Assembly: GCA_964016885.1 (NCBI GenBank)
Contig: OZ024741.1
Location: 209,808,001-209,872,000 of the forward strand
Length of the DNA stretch: 64,000 bases
Direction: 5' to 3'
From: Eledone cirrhosa
Lineage: Eukaryota
The translations under genes and the position numbers were made by a program. The notes below the pieces were generated by a model, which did not search any database, was not told the DNA's origin, and worked only from the letters and a program-made list of their open reading frames with translations. Below, one piece after another: positions 1-10,570 of the stretch. Position 1 is the stretch's first letter. Each line of letters starts with the position of its first letter.

Positions 1-3000
1 ACCTAACTTAACCTCAACTTAACTTAACCGCAACTTAACTTAACCTCAACCTAACTTAACCCCAACTTAACTTAACCGCAACTTAACTTAAGCGCAACTT
101 AGCTTAACCCCAACCCTTGGTGGGATCGATCTGTAATTAGTGGTACATGTGCAGACACTCATTGACTGTGTGTGGCCTGATTTTCAGAAAGATATCTCCG
201 TAAAATAACGAGTGGTAGCTGCGTAAATAATGAATTACGCACGAAAATGAGAAAATTTCGATTCTCGATCGTGGGCCGGCCGGATGTCGGATCGATTCGT
301 AAATACAAGGATAATGTGCGGACACTCCTTGCCTGTGTGCCGCGTGATTTTCAGGTCGATATCTCCGTAAAATCAAGAGTTGATAACCCCAACTTAACTT
401 AACCCCAACTTAACTTAACCGCAACTTAACTTAACCGCAACCTAACTTAACCCCAACTTAACTTAACCGCAACCTAACTTAACCCCAACTTAACTTAACC
501 GCAACTTAACTTAACCCCAACCTAACTTAACCCCAACTTAACTTAACCGCAACTTAACTTAACTGAAACCTAAATTAACCCCAATTTAACTTAACCGCAA
601 CTTAACTTAACAGCAACTTAGCTTAACCCCAACCTTTGGTGGGATCGATCTGTAATTACTGGTACATGTGCAGACACTCATTGGCTGTGTGTGGTCTGAT
701 TTTCAGAAAGATATCTCCGTAAAATAACGAGTGGTGGCTGCGTAAAATAATGAATTACGCACGAAAATGAGAAAATTTCGATTCTCGATCGTGGGCCGGC
801 CGGATGTCGGATCGATTCGTACATACAAGGATAATGTGCGGACACTCCTTGCCTGTGTGCCGCATGATTTTCAGGACGATATCTCCGTAAAATCAAGAGT
901 TGATAACCCCAACTTAACTTAATCCCAACTTAACTTAACCGCAACCTAACTTAACCCCAAATTAACTTAACCGCAACCTAACTTAACCCCAACTTAACTT
1001 AACCGCAACTTAACTTAACCCCAACCTAACTTAACCCCAACTTAACTTAACCGCAACTTAATTTAACCTCAACCTAAATTAACCCCAACTTAACTTAACC
1101 GCAACTTAACTTAACCGCAACTTAGCTTAACCCCAACCCTTGGTGGGATCGATCTGTAATTACTGGTACATGTGCAGACACTCATTGGCTGTGTGTGGCC
1201 TGATTTTCAGAAAGATATCTCCGTAAAATAACGAGTGGTGGCTGCGTAAAATAATGAATTACGCACGAAAATGAGAAAATTTCGATTCTCGATCGTGGGC
1301 CGGCCGGATGTCGGATCGATTCGTACATACAAGGATAATGTGCGGACACTCCTTGCCTGTGTGCCGCATGATTTTCAGGACGATATCTCCGTAAAATCAA
1401 GAGTTGATAACCCCAACTTAACTTAACCCCAACTTAACTTAACCGCAACTTAACTTAACCGCAACCTAACTTAACCCCAACTTAACTTAACCGCAACTTA
1501 ACTTAACCGCAACTTAGCTTAACCCCAACCCTTGGTGGGATCGATCTGTAATTACTGGTACATGTGCAGACACTCATTGGCTGTGTGTGCCCTGATTTTC
1601 AGAAAGATATCTCCGTAAAATAACGAGTGGTGGCTGCGTAAAATAATGAATTACGCACGAAAATGAGAAAATTTCAATTCTCGATCGTGGGCCGGACGGA
1701 TGTCGGATCGATTCGTAAATACAAGGATAATGTGCGGACACTCCTTGGCTGTGTGCGGCATGATTTTCAGGACGATATCTCCGTAAAATCAAGAGTTGAT
1801 AACCCCAACTTAACTTAACCCCAACTTAACTTAACCGCAACTTAACTTAACCGCAACCTAACTTAACCCCAACTTAACTTAACCGCAACTTAACTTAACC
1901 CCAACCTAACTTAACCCCAACTTAACTTAACCGCAACTTAACTTAACCGCAACCTAACTTAACCCCAACTTAACTTAACCGCAACTTAACTTAACCGCAA
2001 CTTAGCTTAACCCCAACCCTTGGTGGGATCGATCTTTAATTACTGGTACATGTGCAGACACTCATTGGCTGTGTGTGGCCTGATTTTCAGAAAGATATCT
2101 CCGTAAAATAACGAGTGGTGGCTGCGTAAAATAATGAATTACGCACGAAAATGAGAAAATTTCGATTCTCGATCGTGGGCCGGCCGGATGTCGGATCGAT
2201 TCGTAAATACAAGGATAATGTGCGGACACTCCTTGGCTGTGTGCGGCATGATTTTAAGGACGATATCTCCGTAAAATCAAGAGTTGATAACCCCAACTTA
2301 ACTTAACCCCAACTTAACTTAACCGCAACTTAACTTAACCGCAACCTAACTTAACCCCAACTTAACTTAACCGCAACCTAACTTAACCCCAACTTAACTT
2401 AACCGCAACTTAACTTAACCCCAACCTAACTTAACCCCAACTTAATTTAACCGCAACTTAACTTAACCGCAACCTAACTTAACCCCAATTTAACTTAACC
2501 GCAACTTAACTTAACCGCAACTTAGCTTAACCCCAACCCTTGGTAGGATCGATCTGTAATTACTGGGACATGTGCAGACACTCATTGGCTGTGTGTGGCC
2601 TGATTTTCAGAAAGATATCTCCGTAAAATAAGGAGTGGTGGCTGCGTAAAATAATGAATTACGCACGAAAATGAGAAAATTTCGATTCTCGATCGTGGGC
2701 CGGCCGGATGTCGGATCGATTCGTAAATACAAGGATAATGTGCGGACACTCCTTGGCTGTGTGCGGCATGATTTTCAGGACGATATCTCCGTAAAATCAA
2801 GAGTTGATAACCCTAACTTAACTTAACCCCAACTTAACTTAACCGCAACTTAACTTAACCGCAACCTAACTTAACCCCAACTTAACTTAACCGCAACCTA
2901 ACTTAACCCCAACTTAACTTAACCGCAACTTAACTTAACCCCAACCTAACTTAACCCCAACTTAACTTAACCGCAACTTAACTTAACCGCAACCTAACTT

Positions 3001-4462
3001 AACCCCAACTTAACTTAACCGCAACTTAACTTAACCCCAACCTAACTTAACCCCAACTTAACTTAACCCCAATTTAACTTAACCGCAACTTAACTTAACC
3101 GCAACTTAGCTTAACCCCAACCCTTGGTGGGATCGATCTGTAATTAGTGGGACATGTGCAGACACTCATTGGCTGTGTGTGCCCTGATTTTCAGAAAGAT
3201 ATCTCCGTAAAATAACGAGTGGTGGCTGCGTAAAATAATGAATTACGCACGAAAATGAGAAAATTTCAATTCTCGATCGTGGGCCGGACGGATGTCGGAT
3301 CGATTCGTAAATACAAGGATAATGTGCGGACACTCCTCGCCTGTGTGCGGCATGATTTTCAGGACGATATCTCCGTAAAATCAAGAGTTGATAACCCCAA
3401 CTTAACTTAACCCCAACTTAACTTAACCGCAACTTAACTTAACCGCAACCTAACTTAACCCCAACTTAACTTAACCGCAACTTAACTTAACCCCAACCTA
3501 ACTTAACCCCAACTTAACTTAACCGCAACTTAACTTAACCGCAACCTAACTTAACCCCAACTTAACTTAACCGCAACTTAACTTAACCGCAACTTAGCTT
3601 AACCCCAACCCTTGGTGGGATCGATCTTTAATTACTGGTACATGTGCAGACACTCATTGGCTGTGTGTGGCCTGATTTTCAGAAAGATATCTCCGTAAAA
3701 TAACGAGTGGTGGCTGCGTAAAATAATGAATTACGCACGAAAATGAGAAAATTTCGATTCTCGATCGTGGGCCGGCCGGATGTCGGATCGATTCGTAAAT
3801 ACAAGGATAATGTGCGGACACTCCTTGGCTGCGTGCGGCATGATTTTCAGGACGATATCTCCGTAAAATCAAGAGTTGATAACCCTAACTTAACTTAACC
3901 CCAACTTAACTTAACCGCAACTTAACTTAACCGCAACCTAACTTAACCCCAACTTAACTTAACCGCAACCTAACTTAACCCCAACTTAACTTAACCGCAA
4001 CTTAACTTAACCCCAACCTAACTTAACCCCAACTTAACTTAACCGCAACTTAACTTAACCGCAACCTAACTTAACCCCAACTTAACTTAACCGCAACTTA
4101 ACTTAACCCCAACCTAACTTAACCCCAACTTAACTTAACCCCAATTTAACTTAACCGCAACTTAACTTAACCTCAACTTAGCTTAACCCCAACCCTTGGT
4201 GGGATCGATCTGTAATTACTGGTATATGTGCAGACACTCATTGGCTGTGTGGCCTGATTTTCAGAAAGATATCTCCGTAAAATAACGAGTGGTGGCTGCG
4301 TAAAATAATGAATTACGCACGAAAATGAGAAAATTTCGATTCTCGATCGTGGCCCGGCCGGATGTCGGATCGATTCGTACATACAAGGATAATGTGCGGA
4401 CACTCCTTGCCTGTGTGCCGCATGATTTTCAGGACGATATCTCCGTAAAATCAAGAGTTGAC

Positions 4463-5028
4463 AACCCCAACTTAACTTAACCCCAACTTAACTTAACCGC
4501 AACTTAACTTAACCGCAACCTAACTTAACCCCAACTTAACTTAACCGCAACCTAACTTAACCCCAACTTAACTTAACCCCAACTTAACTTAACCGCAACT
4601 TAACTTAACCTCAACCTAACTTAACCCCAACTTAACTTAACCGCAACTTAACTTAACCGCAACTTAACTTAACCGCAGCCTAACTTAACCCCAACTTAAC
4701 TTAACCGCAACCTAACTTAACCCCAACTTAACTTAACCCCAACTTAACTTAACCGCAACTTAACTTAACCTCAACCTAACTTAACCCCAACTTAACTTAA
4801 CCCCAACTTAACTTAACCGCAACTTAACTTAACCCCAACCTAACTTAACCCCAACTTAACTTAACCGCAACCTAACTTAACCCCAACTTAACTTAACCGC
4901 AACTTAACTTAACCCCAACCTAACTTAACCCCAACTTAACTTAACCGCAACTTAACTTAACCTCAACCTAACTTAACCCCAACTTAACTTAACCGCAACT
5001 TAACTTAACCGCAACTTAGCTTAACCCC
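4463..5028 (+). repeat. Expanded minisatellite tract, 35 x 16 bp (longest in window)
   Basis: Core starts at 4191 and 5029 are 838 bp apart. That equals 280-2 (a GT deletion in the core) + 35x16. Confidence 0.92.
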
Positions 5029-8000
5029 AACCCTTGGTGGGATCGATCTGTAATTACTGGTACATGTGCAGACACTCATTGACTGTGTGTGGCCTGATTT
5101 TCAGAAATATATCTCCGTAAAATAACGAGTGGTGGCTGCGTAAAATAATGAATTACGCACGAAAATGAGAAAATTTCGATTCTCGATCGTGGCCCGGCCG
5201 GATGTCGGATCGATTCGTAATTACAAGGATAATGTGCGGACACTCCTTGGCTGTGTGCGGCATGATTTTCAGGACGATATCTCCGTAAAATCAAGAGTTG
5301 ATAACCCCAACTTCACTTAACCCCAACTTAACTTAACCGTAACTTAAATTAACCGCAACCTAACTTAACCCCAACTTAACTTAACCGCAACCTAACTTAA
5401 CCCCAACTTAACTTAACCGCAACTTAACTTAACCCCAACCTAACTTAACCCCAACTTAACTTAACCGCAACTTAACTTAACCTCAACCTAACTTAACCCC
5501 AACTTAACTTAACCGCAACTTAACTTAAGCGCAACTTAGCTTAACCCCAACCCTTGGTGGGATCGATCTGTAATTACTGATACATGTGCAGACACTCATT
5601 GGCTGTGTGTGGCCTGATTTTCAGAAAGATATCTCCGTCAAATAACGAGTGGTGGCTGCGTAAAATAATGAATTACGCACGAAAATGAGAAAATTTCGAT
5701 TCTCGATCGTGGGCCGGCCGGATGTCGGATCTATTCGTAAATACAAGGATAATGTGCGGACGCTCCTTGCCTGTGTGCCGCATGATTTTCAGGACGATAT
5801 CTCCGTAAAATCAAGAGTTGATAACCCCAACTTAACTTAACCCCAACTTAACTTAACCGCAACTTAACTTAACCGCAACCTAACTTAACCCCAACTTAAC
5901 TTAACCGCAACCTAACTTAACCCCAACTTAACTTAACCGCAACTTAACTTAACCCCAACCTAACTTAACCCCAACTTAACTTAACCGCAACTTAACTTAA
6001 CCGCAACCTAACTTAACCCCAATTTAACTTAACCGCAACTTAACTTAACCGCAACTTAGCTTAACCCCAACCCTTGGTGGGATCGATCTGTAATTACTGG
6101 TAGATGTGCAGACACTCATTGGCTGTGTGTGGCCTGATTTTCAGAAAGATATCTCCGTAAAATAACGAGTGGTGGCTGCGTAAATTAATGAATTACGCAC
6201 GAAAATGAGAAAATTTCGATTCTCGATCGTGGGCCGGCCGGATGTCGGATCGATTCGTAAATACAAGGATAATGTGCGGACACTCCTTGCCTGTGTGCCG
6301 CGTGATTTTCAGGACGATATCTCCGTAAAATCAAGAGTTGATAACCCCAACTTAACTTAACCCCAACTTAACTTAACCGCAACTTAACTTAACCGCAACC
6401 TAACTTAACCCCAACTTAACTTAACCCCAACTTAACTTAACCGCAACCTAACTTAACCCCAACTTAACTTAACCGCAACTTAACTTAACCCCAACCTAAC
6501 TTAACCTCAACTTAACTTAACCGCAACTTAACTTAACCTCAACCTAACTTAACCCCAACTTAACTTAACCGCAACTTAACTTAAGCGCAACTTAGCTTAA
6601 CCCCAACCCTTGGTGGGATCGATCTGTAATTGCTGGTACATGTGCAGACACTCATTGACTGTGTGTGGCCTGATTTTCAGAAAGATATCTCCGTAAAATA
6701 ACGAGTGGTGGCTGCGTAAAATAATGAATTACGCACGAAAATGAGAAAATTTCGATTCGCGATCGTGGGCCGGCCGGATGTCGGATCGATTCGTAAATAC
6801 AAGGATAATGTGCGGACACTCCTTGGCTGTGTGCGGCATGATTTTCAGGACGATATCTCCGTAAAATCAAGAGTTGATAACCCCAACTTAACTTAACCCC
6901 AACTTAACTTAACCGCAACTTAACTTAACCGCAACCTAACTTAACCCCAACTTAACTTAACCGCAACCTAACTTAACCCCAACTTAACTTAACCGCTACT
7001 TAACTTAACCCCAACCTAACTTAACCCCAACTTAACTTAACCGCAACTTAACTTAACCCCAACCTAACTTAACCTCAACTTAACTTAACCGCAACTTAAC
7101 TTAACCTCAACCTAACTTAACCCCAACTTAACTTAACCGCAACTTAACTTAACCGCAACTTAGCTTAACCCCAACCCTTGGTGGGATCGATCTGTAATTA
7201 CTGGTACATGTGCAGACACTCATTGGCTGTGTATGGCCTGATTTTCAGAAAGATATCTCCGTAAAATAACGAGTGGTGGCTGCGTAAAATAATGAATTAC
7301 GCACGACAATGAGAAAATTTCGATTCTCGGTCGTGGCCCGGCCGGATGTCGGATCGATTCGTAATTACAAGGATAATGTGCGGACACTCCTTGGCTGTGT
7401 GCGGCATGATTTTCAGGACGATATCTCCGTAAAATCAAGAGTTGATAACCCCAACTTAACTTAACCCCAACTTAACTTAACCGCAACTTTACTTAACCGC
7501 AACCTAACTTAACCCCAACTTAACTTAACCGCAACCTAACTTAACCCCAACTTAACTTAACCCCAACTTAACTTAACCGCAACCTAACTTAACCCCAACT
7601 TAACTTAACCGCAACTTAACTTAACCGCAACTTAGCTTAACCCCAACCCTTGGTGGGATCGATCTGTAATTACTGGTACATATGCAGACACTCATTGGCT
7701 GTGTGTGGCCTGATTTTCAGAAAGATATCTCCGTAAAATAACGAGTGGTGGCTGCGTAAAATAATGAATTACGCACGAAAATGAGAAAATTTCGATTCTC
7801 GATCGTGGGCCGGCCGGATGTCGGATCGATTCGTAAATACAAGGATAATGTGCGGACACTCCTTGGGTGTGTGCGGCATGATTTTCAGGACGATATCTCC
7901 GTAAAATCAAGAGTTGATAACCCCAACTTAACTTAACCCCAACTTAACTTAACCGCAACTTAACTTAACCGCAACCTAACTTAACCCCAACTTAACTTAA

Positions 8001-8634
8001 CCGCAACCTAACTTAACCCCAACTTAACTTAACCGCAACTTAACTTAACCCCAACCTAACTTAACCCCAACTTAACTTAACCGCAACTTAACTTAACCGC
8101 AACCTAACTTCACCCCAACTTAACTTAACCGCAACTTAACTTAACCGCAACTTAGCTTAACCCCAACCCTTGGTGGGATCGATCTGTAATTACTGGTACA
8201 TGTGCAGACACTCATTGGCTGTGTGTGGCCTGATTTTCAGAAAGATATCTCCGTAAAATAACGAGTGGTGGCTGCGTAAAATAATGAATTACGCACGAAA
8301 ATGAGAAAATTTCGATTCTCGATCGTGGGCCGGCCGGATGTCGGATCGATTCGTAAATACAAGGATAATGTGCGGACACTCCTTGGCTGTGTGCGGCATG
8401 ATTTTCAGGACGATATTTCCGTAAAATCAAGAGTTGATAACCCCAACTTAACTTAACCCCAACTTAACTTAACCCCAACTTAACTTAACCGCAACCTAAC
8501 TTAACCCCAACTTAACTTAACCGCAACTTAACTTAACCGCAACCTAACTTAACCCCAACTTAACTTAACCGCAACTTAACCCCAACTTAGCTTAACCCCA
8601 ACCCTTGGTGGGATCGATCTGTAATTACTGGTAC

Positions 8635-8862
8635 ATGTGCAGACACTCATTGGCTGTGTGTGGCCTGATTTTCAGAAAGATATCTCCGTAAAATAACGAG
8701 TGGTGGCTGCGTAAAATAATGAATTACGCACGAAAATGAGAAAATTTCGATTCTCGATCGTGGGCCGGCCGGATGTCGGATCGATTCGTAAATACAAGGA
8801 TAATGTGCGGACACTCCTTGGCTGTGTGCGGCATGATTTTCAGGACGATATCTCCGTAAAAT
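8635..8862 (+). repeat. Internal direct repeat in the core (A 8635-8694 / A' 8803-8862), 168-bp offset
   Basis: ATGTGCAGACACTCATTGGCTGTGTGTGGCCTGATTTTCAGAAAGATATCTCCGTAAAAT versus ATGTGCGGACACTCCTTGGCTGTGTGCGGCATGATTTTCAGGACGATATCTCCGTAAAAT: 54/60 identical. Weaker similarity extends upstream (GGATCGATctGTAAtTAC / GGATCGATtcGTAAaTAC) and downstream (GAGTgG/GAGTtG), about 95 bp in total. Confidence 0.95.
8708..8784. other. Cluster of short inverted repeats/palindromes in the central linker of each core
   Basis: TGCGTAA(8708-14)/TTACGCA(8724-30); CACGA(8729-33)/TCGTG(8758-62) enclosing GAGAA(8738-42)/TTCTC(8751-55); GGCCGGCC (8763-70) flanked by TCGATC/GATCGA. Confidence 0.7.
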
Positions 8863-8873
8863 CAAGAGTTGAT

Positions 8874-9119
8874 AACCCCAACTTAACTTAACCCCAACTT
8901 AACTTAACCGCAACTTAACTTAACCGCAACCTAACTTAACCCCAACTTAACTTAACCGCAACCTAACTTAACCCCAACTTAACTTAACCGCAACTTAACT
9001 TAACCCCAACCTAACATAACCCCAACTTAACTTAACGGCAACTTAACTTAACCGCAACCTAACTTAACCCCAACTTAACTTAACCGCAACTTAACTTAAC
9101 CGCAACTTAGCTTAACCCC
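8874..9119 (+). repeat. Representative 16-bp minisatellite tract (AACCCC + 15 units of AACYTAACTTAACCSC), telomere-like and C-rich on +
   Basis: Units are AACTTAACTTAACCCC, AACTTAACTTAACCGC and AACCTAACTTAACCCC, with a terminal AACTTAGCTTAACCCC. The tract is 246 bp = 6+15x16. Confidence 0.97.
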
Positions 9120-10570
9120 AACCCTTGGTGGGATCGATCTGTAATTACTGGTACATGTGCAGACACTCATTGGCTGTGTGTGGCCTGATTTTCAGAAAGA
9201 TATCTCCGTAAAATAACGAGTGGTGGCTGCGTAAAATAATGAATTACGCACGAAAATGAGAAAATTTCGATTCTCGATCGTGGGCCGGCCGGATGTCGGA
9301 TCGATTCGTAAATACAAGCATAATGTGCTAATGTGCGGACACTCCTTGGCTGTGTGCGGCATGATTTTCAGGACGATATCTCCGTAAAATCAAGAGTTGA
9401 TAACCCCAACTTAACTTAACCGCAACTTTACTTAACCGCAACCTAACTTAACCCCAACTTAACTTAACCGCAACCTAACTTAACCCCAACTTAACTTAAC
9501 CGCAACTTAACTTAACCGCAACCTAACTTAACCCCAACTTAACTTAACCGCAACTTAACTTAACCGCAACTTAGCTTAACCCCAACCCTTGGTGGGATCG
9601 ATCTGTAATTACTGGTACATGTGCAGACACTCATTGGCTGTGTGTGGCCTGATTTTCAGAAAGATATCTCCGTAAAATAACGAGTGGTGGCTGCGTAAAA
9701 TAATGAATTACGCACGAAAATGAGAAAATTTCGATTCTCGATCGTGGGCCGGCCGGATGTCGGATCGATTCGTAAATACAAGGATAATGTGCGGACACTC
9801 CTTGGCTGTGTGCGGCATGATTTTCAGGACGATATTTCCGTAAAATCAAGAGTTGATAACCCCAACTTAACTTAACCACAACTTAACTTAACCCCAACTT
9901 AACTTAACCGCAACCTAACTTAACCCCAACTTAACTTAACCGCAACCTAACTTAACCCCAACTTAACTTAACCGCAACTTAACTTAACCCCAACCTAACT
10001 TAACCCCAACTTAACTTAACCGCAACTTAACTTAACCGCAACCTAACTTAACCCCAACTTAACTTAACCGCAACTTAACCCCAACTTAGCTTAACCCCAA
10101 CCCTTGGTGGGATCGATCTGTAATTACTGGTACATGTGCAGACACTCATTGGCTGTGTGTGGCCTGACTTTTAGAAAGATATCTCCGTAAAATAACGAGT
10201 GGTGGCTGCGTAAAATAATGAATTACGCACGAAAATGAGAAAATTTCGATTCTCGATCGTGGGCCGGCCGGATGTCGGATCGATTCGTAAATACAAGGAT
10301 AATGTGCGGACACTCCTTGGCTGTGTGCGGCATGATTTTCAGGACGATATCTCCGTAAAATCAAGAGTTGATAACCCCAACTTAACTTAACCCCAACTTA
10401 ACTTAACCGCAACTTTACTTAACCGCAACCAAACTTAACCCCAACTTAACTTAACCGCAACCTAACTTAACCCCAACTTAACTTAACCCCAACTTAACTT
10501 AACCCCAACCTAACTTAACCCCAACTTAACTTAACCGCAACTTAACTTAACCGCAACTTAGCTTAACCCC

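Larger units (their letters stand above)
8600..8873 (+). repeat. Representative consensus monomer core (274 bp)
   Basis: Runs AACCCTTGGTGGGATCGATCTGTAATTACTGG...GATATCTCCGTAAAATCAAGAGTTGAT. Other copies differ by a few substitutions and rare 1-9 bp indels. I count 18 CpGs by hand. Confidence 0.97.

Noticed and set aside
385-630. True telomerase-synthesised telomere
   Set aside because: The tracts are short, interrupted every ~250 bp by the core, and inherited with a fixed variant order, which indicates copying as part of the monomer.
5215-5226. Gene conversion from subrepeat A to A' (GTAATTAC and TGTGTGG variants match A)
   Set aside because: These are single-base changes with adjacent diagnostic sites unconverted, so point mutation suffices.
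8651-8756. tRNA/SINE/Pol III gene (TGGCTGTGTGTGG A-box-like; TTTCGATTCTC B-box-like)
   Set aside because: The B-box lacks the invariant G and has no T-arm stem, no cloverleaf can be built, and the A-box match is loose. tRNAscan-SE/Infernal would settle it.
8600-8873. 5S rRNA, snRNA or spliced-leader tandem gene array
   Set aside because: The unit size is compatible, but I recognise no conserved 5S, U-snRNA or SL motifs on either strand. An Rfam search was not possible.
8610-8873. TRIM/LTR element (A and A' as LTRs; TGGTGGCTGCG as PBS)
   Set aside because: There are no TG...CA ends, the TGG is not preceded by CA, there is no polypurine tract or TSD, and A/A' are about 10% diverged in the same way in every copy.
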